Assembly: GCA_028714495.1 (NCBI GenBank)
Contig: JAQTMH010000006.1
Coordinates: 1-55,169 of the forward strand
Length of the DNA stretch: 55,169 bases
Direction of reading: 5' to 3'
DNA from: Patescibacteria group bacterium
Lineage (GTDB): Bacteria; Patescibacteriota; Patescibacteriia; JAHIZJ01
This document shows, one piece after another, positions 26,775 through 35,430 of the stretch. Both the position numbers and the translations under genes were made by a program. Below the pieces are notes generated by a model. The model did no database searches, had not been told where the DNA came from, and was given only the letters and a program-made list of their open reading frames with translations. Position 1 is the first letter of the stretch; every line of letters starts with the position of its first letter.

Positions 26775-27152
26775 ATGAAGCAGTCAACATTGGCGCGAGC
26801 TTTGGAGACGATGTACGGACCATTGGACGAGAACGGGCGAAGGAGGTTTCGGAACGGTCATAGGCGCCATGTAAGCGCCGGATTGCGACGGAAAAAGCGG
26901 CGTCACCCGCGCGGGGTTGTCCGGCTTTGGAAAGGGAGGGGGCGTCGAGGCGGATCACCGGCGGTCGTCGAACTTCAGACTAGGACGGTTGCGTTTGTTC
27001 CCAGACAACCGGTGGCCGTGACGTGCGACAGCTGCGATGGCAGGGGAACCAAGCGGTGTAGCCACTGTCGAGGTACTGGATGCTTGTATTGCGGCTACTC
27101 CGGACGTATCACCTGCCGCAGATGTCGTGGCGAAGGCAAGGTCAAGACTTGA
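26775..27152 (+). CDS. Small Arg-rich protein with four DnaJ-type CxxCxGxG zinc-finger repeats
   Basis: AGGAGG lies 8 nt upstream of the ATG. C-terminal CDSCDGRG-x4-CSHCRGTG-CLYCGYSG-x3-CRRCRGEG. The N-terminal half is highly basic. The segment is G+C-rich. Confidence 0.6.
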   Translation: MKQSTLARALETMYGPLDENGRRRFRNGHRRHVSAGLRRKKRRHPRGVVRLWKGRGRRGGSPAVVELQTRTVAFVPRQPVAVTCDSCDGRGTKRCSHCRGTGCLYCGYSGRITCRRCRGEGKVKT

Positions 27153-27210
27153 ACGATCAAGGGGGAGAGTCCGAATCACGAATTCGCCTCACGGGGCGAA
27201 AAGTTCGTTT

Positions 27211-27250
27211 GGGCAGCGAGACGCAAGGTCTTACTGCCCATTTTTTATTT
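27211..27250 (+). terminator. Intrinsic terminator of the zinc-finger mini-gene
   Basis: GGGCAG...CTGCCC stem followed by ATTTTTTATTT. Confidence 0.6.
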
Positions 27251-27462
27251 CACGGCAATCTGGCGCTCGGCGGGACGCCTCGCTTTGCGGGTATTTTAAA
27301 GACACCTCGCTTAATGGAGATAGACAGTTATTGTATGGAGATTAATTATGGTTATATTGTGGGTTAATAAAAAGGCTATGTTTATACCTGGTGACAAGGC
27401 GTCACTCCTTGTCACTCGTTATGCTCGACAACACGCTTTTTTGCTGTCATAATTACTTCGAT

Positions 27463-28716
27463 ATGACAAACTATTTAGAAAAGTTAAATACCCAGGATCC
27501 GAAAGTCGCATCCGCTATCCAGGCTGAGCTTAAACGCCAGCGCGTAGGGATTGAATTAATCCCGTCAGAGAATTTTGTATCTCTGGCTGTGCTTGAGGCC
27601 CTGGGTTCGGTTTTAACCAATAAGTATTCCGAAGGCTACCCAGGCAATCGCTATTATGGCGGTACGCAGAATGTTGATGCGGTGGAGCAACTGGCCATTG
27701 ACCGGGTTAAGAAACTATTTGGAGCTGAACACGCGAATGTCCAGCCGTTATCCGGCGCGCCAGCCAACATTGCTGTTTATTCAGCCCTATTAGAGCCAGG
27801 CGACACGGTTCTGGGCATGGATTTATCACACGGCGGGCATTTAACTCATGGCCACCCGATTACCTGGATGGCGAAGATATTTAAATTCATCCGGTACAAA
27901 ACCACGCCCGATGGATTAATTGACTATGACCAGGTCAGGGAATTAGCCCAGGAAAATAAGCCAAGGCTGATTTTGGCTGGCTATTCAGCCTATTCGCGCG
28001 ACCTGGATTATCAGAGGTTTAAGGAGATTGCCGACGAGGTTGGCGCTTATACCATGGCGGATATTGCCCACATCGCCGGGCTGATCGCGGCTGGTGAAAT
28101 GAATAACCCCGTGCCGATTTTTGATGTTGTCACCTCCACTACCCATAAAACATTGCGCGGGCCGCGGGGCGGGCTGATCCTCTGCAAAAAAGAATTGGCC
28201 AAGAAGATTAATAAAGCCGTGTTCCCGGGATTTCAGGGTGGGCCGCATGAGCACAATATCGCGGCTAAGGCTGTGGCGTTTGGCGAAGCCTTGCAGCCAG
28301 AGTTTAAAGAGTATGCCAAACAGATAAAGAAGAACGCAAAAGTGCTATGTGAAACTCTGGCCAAAGGCGGGTTAAAAATTATGTTCGGCGGAACGGAAAA
28401 TCATCTCATTCTAGCTGATGTCACGCCGCTGGGATTAACTGGCAGACAGGCTCAGGAGCTTTTGGATTCGGTTAACATTACCCTAAACAAAAATATGATT
28501 CCAGATGACCCGCGCAAACCCATGGATCCCTCGGGTATACGTTTAGGCACGCCCGCGCTCACGACCCGGGGGATGAAGGAAAATGAGATGAAGCAAATCG
28601 GTCAAACAATGATTGAACTGTTGAAGCAACCAACATCAGAGCCAGTGAAGAATTCAGCCCGAGCCACGGTGAAAAAATTAACCAAGCAATTTCCCTTATA
28701 CCCTGAATTAGATTAA
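27463..28716 (+). CDS. glyA: Serine hydroxymethyltransferase
   Basis: [22 protein letters not shown] and PLP lysine [17 protein letters not shown] at 27463 is preferred over the GTG at 27391. Confidence 0.92.
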   Translation: MTNYLEKLNTQDPKVASAIQAELKRQRVGIELIPSENFVSLAVLEALGSVLTNKYSEGYPGNRYYGGTQNVDAVEQLAIDRVKKLFGAEHANVQPLSGAPANIAVYSALLEPGDTVLGMDLSHGGHLTHGHPITWMAKIFKFIRYKTTPDGLIDYDQVRELAQENKPRLILAGYSAYSRDLDYQRFKEIADEVGAYTMADIAHIAGLIAAGEMNNPVPIFDVVTSTTHKTLRGPRGGLILCKKELAKKINKAVFPGFQGGPHEHNIAAKAVAFGEALQPEFKEYAKQIKKNAKVLCETLAKGGLKIMFGGTENHLILADVTPLGLTGRQAQELLDSVNITLNKNMIPDDPRKPMDPSGIRLGTPALTTRGMKENEMKQIGQTMIELLKQPTSEPVKNSARATVKKLTKQFPLYPELD

Positions 28717-28720
28717 GCTC

Positions 28721-29560
28721 ATGAAACTGATCGACGGCCGCGCCATTTCCAAACGCCTTCTGGCGCAGGTAAAAAAGGATATCAAAAAAAACCAGCTCAA
28801 ACCCGGACTGGCGATTATTTTAGTTGGCGATGACCCAGCCTCCCGCCTCTATGTTCAGATAAAGGAGAAGGCCAGCGGAAAAGTCGGCATACGTTTTGAA
28901 AAGCTGGTTTTTCCCGCCGAGACACCGGAAGCGCGAGTTATCAAAACAATCAAAGAGCTGAATCAACGGAGGAATATTCACGGAATCGTGGTTCAATTGC
29001 CCCTGCCTGACCATATAAATGAACAGGCCGTGATTTCAGCGATTGATCCGGGCAAGGATGTCGACGGCTTTCATCCAGAAAACGTGAAAAAACTTTTATC
29101 GGGTGAGGGAAAAATCATACCCGCGCTGGTCCGCAGCATCCTGGCTCTCGTCGCCAGCGCGAAAATGCCTTTAGCCGGCAAACAGGCGGTAGTCATCGCC
29201 AATAGCCAGGAATTTTACGATCCGATTGCCTCTTGGCTAAAGCGCTTTGGCGTTACCTCGAAGTTTTGCCCGCCGGCTGAAGTTTTAAAATACGCGAACC
29301 AGGCTGACATATTGATTGTGGCGGCGGGTCAGCCGAAGCTCATTGACTCTTCGCAGGTCAAACCCGGCTCGATTGTGATTGACGTAGGCATAAATCAAAC
29401 AGACAGCGGCGTAGTCGGTGATGTTGACCAAAAGTCGTTGAAAGATGTCGAGGGATTTCTCACTCCAGTGCCCGGCGGAGTCGGCCCGGTTACGGTTGCC
29501 TCGCTTCTGGCAAATACTACCCAAGCCGCGAAAGAAATACAAAACCGCCCGGCCGAATAG
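28721..29560 (+). CDS. folD: Bifunctional methylenetetrahydrofolate dehydrogenase/cyclohydrolase
   Basis: LAIILVGDDPASRLYVQIKEKA, HGIVVQLPLP and TPVPGGVGPVT. Confidence 0.9.
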   Translation: MKLIDGRAISKRLLAQVKKDIKKNQLKPGLAIILVGDDPASRLYVQIKEKASGKVGIRFEKLVFPAETPEARVIKTIKELNQRRNIHGIVVQLPLPDHINEQAVISAIDPGKDVDGFHPENVKKLLSGEGKIIPALVRSILALVASAKMPLAGKQAVVIANSQEFYDPIASWLKRFGVTSKFCPPAEVLKYANQADILIVAAGQPKLIDSSQVKPGSIVIDVGINQTDSGVVGDVDQKSLKDVEGFLTPVPGGVGPVTVASLLANTTQAAKEIQNRPAE

Positions 29561-29591
29561 CCAGGCGGTGATATTGGATGGTGTAATTTAT

Positions 29592-30311
29592 TTAGCAACC
29601 CAGAGTCGTACCGCTTGGCAGGACGGTGGTTTTCGTACCCGTGCCATTGGGATCATAGCCGCCCTTGACCTCAACACAATCGTTATAGTTGTCGCCGTCA
29701 CTATCCTTATCGTAAGGATCAGTGCCGATTTGACGTTCAATCACGTCAGTCAAGCCGTCTTGGTCTGAATCGAGGCTGGCGTTCACGTTGCTGTTCGAAT
29801 TTAGATTCGCATTGGTGTTGGTATTCTTATTGCTATTTGTGTTGGAGTTCTGGTTAAGGTTTGAATTTATGTTGGTATTGGTATTGCCGTTGGTATTTAC
29901 ATTTGTGTTCACATTAGCGTTTGTTTGGTTGGTGTTGGCATTTGAATTTATATTGGCGTTGGTGTTAACGTTTGAATTTTTGTTGAAATTGATATTAGTA
30001 TTTGGAAGGTTGGTGTTGGCGTTGATATTGGCGTTATTCGCGTTGCTATTGTCATTAGAATTTGTCTTTGATAAGCCACGCAGGAGGAAAATGGCGGCGG
30101 TTACCACTCCAGCCACAACCACAACAATAATAATGCCGATAATAATATATTTTTTACGGCTCCCCTCGTCTCTTTGGACAGGTTCAGACGGTAGATTACT
30201 TGGCGGCGGCGGTGTATTGGGCTGAGAGGCAGCTGGCTGGGCCCAAGGGTCAACTGGGCTGGGAGTACCAGTTTGAGCTGGTTGATTGATTGGACCTAAA
30301 TCGTCAAACAT
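29592..30311 (-). CDS. Membrane-anchored protein with an Asn-rich low-complexity stalk and C-terminal TSP3-like Ca-binding repeats
   Basis: Pro-rich N-terminus and a TM helix (IIIGIIIVVVVAGVVTAAIFLL). About 95 aa of N/T/S repeats. DSDQDGLTD and DKDSDGDNYND motifs. Confidence 0.65.
   Translation of the reverse strand: MFDDLGPINQPAQTGTPSPVDPWAQPAASQPNTPPPPSNLPSEPVQRDEGSRKKYIIIGIIIVVVVAGVVTAAIFLLRGLSKTNSNDNSNANNANINANTNLPNTNINFNKNSNVNTNANINSNANTNQTNANVNTNVNTNGNTNTNINSNLNQNSNTNSNKNTNTNANLNSNSNVNASLDSDQDGLTDVIERQIGTDPYDKDSDGDNYNDCVEVKGGYDPNGTGTKTTVLPSGTTLGC
29775..30060 (-). repeat. Low-complexity coding repeat (AAY/ACN/AGY codon runs)
   Basis: Encodes NSNANTNQTNANVNTNVNTNGNTNTNINSNLNQNSNTNSNKNTNTNANLNSNSNVN. 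Confidence 0.8.
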
Positions 30312-30452
30312 AAAGTAAAAAGTGAATTATTATCTCAAGCTAAGTATATCGCCTTTTCAAAACTGGAGCAAATGGTAGAATGTTGGTGCAATTGACAATT
30401 AAGAATTCAGAAGGAATAATTAAGGAATAATTGATTATTAATTATCTTTACC

Positions 30453-31499
30453 GTGTCTTTCTCCATCGGTATTGTCGGTCTGCCCAATGTCGGGAAATCC
30501 ACGCTATTTCAGGCTTTGACCAAAAAAAAGGTTGATACGTCAAACTATCCTTTTGCCACGATTGATCCGAATGTCGGAATTGTGGCGGTGCCTGACGAAC
30601 GGCTGGAGCAGCTCGCCCGCCTCAGCCACTCGGCTAAAATCGTGCCTACGACGATTGAGTTTTATGATATTGCCGGGCTGGTAAAAGGCGCTTCCAAGGG
30701 GGAGGGACTGGGCAACAAGTTTTTAAGCCATATCCGCGAAGTTGACGCGATTTGTCACGTGGTCAGGGCGTTTTCAGATCCAAACGTGGTTCATATAGCC
30801 GGGAAGGTAGATCCGTCGTCTGACCAAAGGACTATTCTCTATGAACTGGCCATGGCTGATCTTGAGCAAGTGAGCCGGTCGCTTGAGGCTTCGAGCGGCA
30901 AGGCGCGGTCGGGTGATAAAGAGGCGGCAAAGCTAGTCGGCGTTTTGGAGAAGATAAAAAGCGCGCTTGACCGCGGGGAGCCAGCCCTGACGATTCCATT
31001 CACCGATGAAGAAAGGAAACTTTTAAAATCTTTTAACCTGTTGACCCTCAAGCCGGTTTTGACCGTGCTTAATGTTGACGAAAAAGATAATAAGCAAACA
31101 GACAACCAGCTTAAGATTTCAGTCAAGCTTGAATCAGAACTGGCTGGTTTCTCCCCTGATGAAGCAAGAGCCTATTTGAAGGAACTCGGCTGGACCGAAA
31201 GCGGGCTTGACCGGCTGATCCGGGCGAGTTACGACCAGCTGGGCCTGATAACATATTTAACCACGGGTCCGGATGAAACGCGAGCCTGGACAATTCCCAA
31301 AGGAACGAAAGCTCCGCAGGCGGCCGGCGCGATTCACACCGATTTTGAAAAAGGCTTTATTCGAGCTGAAGTGATCAATTGGAAAGACTTGATTGATGCC
31401 GGTTCTGAAGCCAACGCGAAAGCGAAGGGATTAATGCGGATGGAGGGAAAAGAATACGTATTTCAAGACGGGGATGTGGCAGTATTTCATTTTGCTTAA
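30453..31499 (+). CDS. ychF: Ribosome-binding ATPase YchF
   Basis: GIVGLPNVGKSTLF P-loop and C-terminal TGS-like FIRAEV...EGKEYVFQDGDV. GTG start. Confidence 0.88.
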   Translation: MSFSIGIVGLPNVGKSTLFQALTKKKVDTSNYPFATIDPNVGIVAVPDERLEQLARLSHSAKIVPTTIEFYDIAGLVKGASKGEGLGNKFLSHIREVDAICHVVRAFSDPNVVHIAGKVDPSSDQRTILYELAMADLEQVSRSLEASSGKARSGDKEAAKLVGVLEKIKSALDRGEPALTIPFTDEERKLLKSFNLLTLKPVLTVLNVDEKDNKQTDNQLKISVKLESELAGFSPDEARAYLKELGWTESGLDRLIRASYDQLGLITYLTTGPDETRAWTIPKGTKAPQAAGAIHTDFEKGFIRAEVINWKDLIDAGSEANAKAKGLMRMEGKEYVFQDGDVAVFHFA

Positions 31500-31549
31500 T
31501 ATTTCGGCTGGTAAAATCCACTGTCCAGACATTGTAAAAGATAGAGATA

Positions 31550-31822
31550 GCTACTTTTCTTGTTCGCAAGAAAAGTAGCACAAAAGAACTCCCGCCCGTT
31601 CGATAAAAATGGACAAAAGACACCCTCGTCGGCCTGTCACGTTGCAAACTCCTCGCACGTAGGCGAAGATGACCATCTTCGCCTACGGCTCGTCAAACAG
31701 TGCAACGTTTCTCCGGATGTAAATCCGGACCGGCCTCCTCAGGGCTTTTGTCACATTTTTTCGAAAGGGGCGGCATGAGTCTCAATTGTTTTTCCAAACG
31801 CCGACTTCGCAATGGGCGGAAA
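31550..31822 (+). repeat. Hairpin-rich composite intergenic element, copy B (candidate structured RNA)
   Basis: Perfect 13-bp hairpin at 31550-31579 sharing the core CTTTTCTTG/CAAGAAAAG with copy A. Perfect 12-bp hairpin at 31659-31686 and a further hairpin at 31712-31729. Carries the conserved 78-nt 3' module at 31745-31822. Confidence 0.6.
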
Positions 31823-31891
31823 ATAGTTTATATTGATAGGTGTTTAAAATGGGGGTATCTTGATTCTCCATCCTAGTAATTAAGAAAAGAT

Positions 31892-31933
31892 GCCAGTCCC
31901 ATCGAATGATGGGGTCGGCGGTTTTTCATTTTT
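31892..31933 (+). terminator. Intrinsic terminator downstream of element B
   Basis: GCCAGTCCCATC-GAAT-GATGGGGTCGGC stem followed by GGTTTTTCATTTTT. Confidence 0.55.
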
Positions 31934-31981
31934 CATAAGAACCGCTCGGTCTTTTAGATCGAGTTTTCCACTTATTTCAAT

Positions 31982-32010
31982 TTGACCGCTGATATTTACG
32001 ATAGTATTCT
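31982..32010 (+). promoter_or_regulatory. Candidate promoter of the orphan 32.0-32.3 kb unit
   Basis: TTGACC - 17 nt - TATTCT. Confidence 0.35.
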
Positions 32011-32016
32011 AAGAGT

Positions 32017-32276
32017 AGTTCGTTGGATTCTTTTGACCGACGTCTGCATCAGGCGAGTTTCTCCAAAAGGAAAGGAAACGGCATGAAAGGCGGTCAGGGG
32101 ACGATCAGAGTAACCCAGGACGTACTCAGAAAAACACGGCATTTCAGCGGATGGGTCCACATTGATCCGGGGTACGCGCGGCTGATGCTTTGCCGTTTGA
32201 GATCCAGGGTTGCTCGTACAACCCGACCATGGGGAATCCAGATACCCGCGGCTAGGTACTAGAAACGCCTAGTCAC
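32017..32276 (+). other. Orphan G+C-rich transcription unit: either an unclassified sRNA or a 59-aa basic peptide gene (ATG 32083 to TAG 32262)
   Basis: Bracketed by a promoter-like site and a strong terminator. AAAGGAAAGGAAA lies upstream of the ATG at 32083. Possible long-range pairing of AAACGGCA (32076-32083) with TGCCGTTT (32201-32208). Confidence 0.35.
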
Positions 32277-32309
32277 CAGTTGAGGCAATCACCTCAACTG
32301 TTTTTCTTT
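32277..32309 (+). terminator. Strong plus-strand intrinsic terminator overlapping the stop codon of the convergent methyltransferase gene
   Basis: Perfect 9-bp stem CAGTTGAGG/CCTCAACTG with a 6-nt loop, followed by TTTTTCTTT. Confidence 0.7.
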
Positions 32310-33559
32310 AGGACAAAAATTTCTCGGATAACGTTTTGATTAGGCCGCTGGTATTCAAATGGCTGCCGCCCGACCCAACCGGGAAAGCTGACCAGCGAGA
32401 AGCCGGTTTGCTGGATGATTTTATGGAGGTTAAAAACAATATCATTTTTACCAAAGCGCCAGCGGGGGACAATGATTACAATCCGGCCTTCGGGTTTTGT
32501 AATACGGTTAAAGTTTTTGAAAGTCTCCGAATAAAGATTCAAGATTTGTTTTTGGGCATTTTCAAGACGTTCGCGTTCTCTCGGCAGAGTCGCGGGTCCT
32601 AGGAAGGGTTCGGTGACAATCGCGTCAATGGATTTTTCCGGCAGAGCCTGGGACAGAGTTTTAGCATCTTGGATTTTAAGCGACAGCCGGATATTTGATA
32701 GATGATATTGTTCTTTGAGCCAGGCGAGGTTTGTTTTTGAATCCTGGATCGCTTGAGGATTGTTATCAGAACCGTAGAGATTTTTGTAACCCAGCAGCCA
32801 GGCTTCTTGCAGAATCGTGCCAGAGCCGCAAAATGGATCAACCAGCGAATCTTCAGGCTTGGCTTCGGATAAATTGACCATCATCTTTGCCAGCTTCGGC
32901 GGGAGCATGCCTTGTTTCATGTTTCGGCTGGGTCGGCCATAGTCGCGACGACTGTAATCCTCAAAATCTTGAACTGCCAGAGTTAGGCCGAGAGTCACCC
33001 GATCTTCCTGGCTGAGTAAAAGCACGATTTCCCCTCCTTTTTCAATAAGCTTGTTTTTGGCTATGATAACCGAAGAAAGAGGGTTTGATCGGGATTTTAT
33101 ATAGCGAACAGCCTGGCCGGGCTTTTTCAAAAGGCGTTTGAGAGTAATTCCCATTCGATCAATCTCCTGAGGCGGGACGCGCCCCCTTCCGCCATAGACG
33201 CTCAAGCCAAAGACAATTTTACCCTGATGGCTAGATAGCTCTGACATGATCGAGGGCAAGCCCAGCGCTTCTTCGATTCGGGTAAACGAAGTTTCAGTTA
33301 TCACCCGGCCGATTTTTATCGTCCCACCTAATAAACTAAGTATTTCTTCGGCTGGCGAGGGATTTAATAGATCGATAGTCAGGACATCGGAATCAGCTGA
33401 ATCAAGATGGTAATTTATCCCCCGGCGGGCCAAAAGAGAGAAGATTTCGGCTCGGCTCAAAGCCGGGTTATTCCCGAGAATAAAAAAGTACCTGGCCTTT
33501 TGAGCGGTCTTGCTTAATTTTTCTGAATGTGGTATTGTAGTCAAAGCAAATATAGTCAA
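32294..33559 (-). CDS. SAM-dependent RNA methyltransferase (UPF0020/Trm11-like, N-terminal THUMP-like region)
   Basis: SAM motif I VDPFCGSGTILQEA and motif IV-like IVTEPFLG. 421 aa. Confidence 0.65.
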   Translation of the reverse strand: MTIFALTTIPHSEKLSKTAQKARYFFILGNNPALSRAEIFSLLARRGINYHLDSADSDVLTIDLLNPSPAEEILSLLGGTIKIGRVITETSFTRIEEALGLPSIMSELSSHQGKIVFGLSVYGGRGRVPPQEIDRMGITLKRLLKKPGQAVRYIKSRSNPLSSVIIAKNKLIEKGGEIVLLLSQEDRVTLGLTLAVQDFEDYSRRDYGRPSRNMKQGMLPPKLAKMMVNLSEAKPEDSLVDPFCGSGTILQEAWLLGYKNLYGSDNNPQAIQDSKTNLAWLKEQYHLSNIRLSLKIQDAKTLSQALPEKSIDAIVTEPFLGPATLPRERERLENAQKQILNLYSETFKNFNRITKPEGRIVIIVPRWRFGKNDIVFNLHKIIQQTGFSLVSFPGWVGRQPFEYQRPNQNVIREIFVLKKNS

Positions 33560-33606
33560 AATCGACTAGATCTATTTTATCACTAATACCTAGTTTGACC
33601 AATCGC

Positions 33607-34086
33607 ATGAACCAGCCTTATGAACTTCTCTACTTAATCCCCAGCCAAGTGACCGAAGAGGAACTGCCTGAGATAACGGGTAAGGTCGCCGAAGTGATTC
33701 AAAAGCAGGGCGGAATAATTAAGTACAACGCTCTCTGGGGTAAACGACGACTCAATTATCAGATTAAAAGGAACCGGCAGGCTTACTATTGGCTAGTTCG
33801 CTATGAGGCGGCCGCCACTGCCAACCCGAAAATAATGCGGGAGCTCAGCTTAATCTCGAAGATTATCCGCTTTTTGATCACCCGGCCGGTAACAACCGAA
33901 GTGCTGCCCGAGAGGAAAAAAGTCGAGATGGTCAGCCGACCAGTTTCAATAGTCGAGCCAACGCCCATGCCCAGAAAACCAACGGTTAGCTCCAGGCCGG
34001 TCAAGGAAAAAGAGACAAAAGTCAGCCTCGAGGAATTAGATCGGAAACTAGACGAGATCCTTGATGATAACAATAGCGAAAGTTAA
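33607..34086 (+). CDS. rpsF: 30S ribosomal protein S6 with a C-terminal extension
   Basis: YELLYLIPSQVTEEE...WGKRRLNYQIK. ATG at 33607 is preferred over the TTG at 33595. Confidence 0.85.
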   Translation: MNQPYELLYLIPSQVTEEELPEITGKVAEVIQKQGGIIKYNALWGKRRLNYQIKRNRQAYYWLVRYEAAATANPKIMRELSLISKIIRFLITRPVTTEVLPERKKVEMVSRPVSIVEPTPMPRKPTVSSRPVKEKETKVSLEELDRKLDEILDDNNSES

Positions 34087-34107
34087 AAAATTAATTAGGA
34101 TAGAGCG

Positions 34108-34560
34108 ATGATGAATTTAAATAAAGCCATGATAATCGGTAATCTGACTCGGGATCCCGAGGTTCGGACCACGCCCAATGGACAATCAGTGGCCAGTTTC
34201 GGGGTGGCGACTAACCGAGTCTGGCGGGATCAGAAGTCGGGTGAGCGGAAAGAGGCGGTTGAATACCATAATATCGTAGCCTGGGGCAAGCTGGCTGATT
34301 TCTGCGGCCAATATATTCGCAAGGGGAGCCGGGTTTATGTCGAAGGCCGGCTGCAAACTCGTTCCTGGGACGATCCCTCAGGCGTCAAGAAGTACCGGAC
34401 TGAAATAATTTCTGAAAATTTAATAATGCTTGATCGCCGGAACACTGGGCCCGATCAAGGAACTGCGCCGACCACTCCGGTTGCCGAGGCTACTCCGTCT
34501 AACGAAAAAGCCACCCCGCCAGCGGATGAAGAAATTAGTGTTGAAGATATACCATTTTAA
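34108..34560 (+). CDS. ssb: Single-stranded DNA-binding protein
   Basis: NKAMIIGNLTRDPEVRTTPNGQSVASFGVATNR OB fold and acidic tail EEISVEDIPF. Confidence 0.92.
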   Translation: MMNLNKAMIIGNLTRDPEVRTTPNGQSVASFGVATNRVWRDQKSGERKEAVEYHNIVAWGKLADFCGQYIRKGSRVYVEGRLQTRSWDDPSGVKKYRTEIISENLIMLDRRNTGPDQGTAPTTPVAEATPSNEKATPPADEEISVEDIPF

Positions 34561-34570
34561 TGAAACTTAG

Positions 34571-34804
34571 ATGAGACCCAATCAGACAGAAACCATACCA
34601 AAGGAAAAAGCTTGCTATCTTTGCGCCCAAGGCATTAATGAGATCGATTATAAAGACGTTCAGTTGCTTCAGCGATTCATTTCTTCCTATGCGAAGATAT
34701 TGCCGAAGAAGCGAACCGGAACCTGCTCTAAACATCAGCGCAAATTGGCTCTGGCTATCAAGCAAGCCCGCCAGGTAGCGCTTTTACCCACGACCGGGAG
34801 ATAG
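34571..34804 (+). CDS. rpsR: 30S ribosomal protein S18
   Basis: IDYKDVQLLQRFISSYAKILPKKRTGTCSKHQRKLALAIKQAR. Confidence 0.9.
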   Translation: MRPNQTETIPKEKACYLCAQGINEIDYKDVQLLQRFISSYAKILPKKRTGTCSKHQRKLALAIKQARQVALLPTTGR

Positions 34805-34807
34805 TCT

Positions 34808-35368
34808 ATGCTGGAGATGAATGATTTAAAGATCGGGACGATTTTTAAATATCGGCAGGCTCCTCACACGGTTCTGAAGGCTGACCATGTCCAGATGGGC
34901 CGGGGCAGCGCTGTCCTGCGAACGAAAATACGGAATTTAATTACCGGACAGGTTTTTGACGTGACGTTTAAAGCCGGTGATCGGATTGAGGGAGCTGATC
35001 TCGACCGCCGAGGAGCATCCTATCTCTACCGCGACGAGGAGGGCTTGCATTTTATGGACAGCCAGTCGTACGAGCAGTTTGTCTTACCCGAAGCCGTCGT
35101 AGGCGATAAAATAAAATATCTCTGCGAAAATACTGATATCGACGTTTATCATTTTGAGCAAAAGCCCGTCACAGTCCAAATTCCGATCAAGGTTGAATTA
35201 ACAGTAGTTGAAACAGCGCCAGGGGTGCGGGGCGATACGGCCCAGGGCAGCGTAAGCAAACAGGCAAAATTGAATTCCGGAGCCACGGTCAATGTGCCCT
35301 TGTTTGTGAAGCAGGGCGACGTGATCCGGGTGAACACCGAAACGGGGCAATATATCGAGCGAGTTTAA
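34808..35368 (+). CDS. efp: Elongation factor P
   Basis: NDLKIGTIFKYRQAPHTVLKADHVQMGRGSAVLRTKIRNLITGQ. Three-domain length of 186 aa. Confidence 0.9.
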   Translation: MLEMNDLKIGTIFKYRQAPHTVLKADHVQMGRGSAVLRTKIRNLITGQVFDVTFKAGDRIEGADLDRRGASYLYRDEEGLHFMDSQSYEQFVLPEAVVGDKIKYLCENTDIDVYHFEQKPVTVQIPIKVELTVVETAPGVRGDTAQGSVSKQAKLNSGATVNVPLFVKQGDVIRVNTETGQYIERV

Positions 35369-35385
35369 ATTACCTCAGACAATAC

Positions 35386-35415
35386 AAAAAGCGGCCATTT
35401 AACGGCCGCTTTTTG
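35386..35415. terminator. Bidirectional intrinsic terminator between efp and recA
   Basis: AAAAAGCGGCC-ATTTAAC-GGCCGCTTTTT. Confidence 0.75.
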
Positions 35416-35430
35416 GTTGATTCGATTTTT

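Noticed and set aside
26730-27250. Possibility that the G+C-rich islands (26.7 kb and 32.0 kb) are tmRNA, RNase P RNA or SRP RNA.
   Set aside because: I could not find any of these: a tmRNA 5' GGGG...acceptor or T-arm (GGTTCGAATCC...CCA), RNase P CR-I (GAGGAAAGTCCGG), or the SRP domain IV motif (GGTCCGGAAGGAAGCAGC). The 26.7-kb island has a regular CxxCxGxG x4 coding pattern that argues for a protein.
29788-30225. 145-aa Leu/Phe/Val-rich ORF on the plus strand.
   Set aside because: It is the mirror image of the Asn-rich codon repeats of the minus-strand gene 29592-30311. That gene has a coherent TM-stalk-TSP3 architecture.
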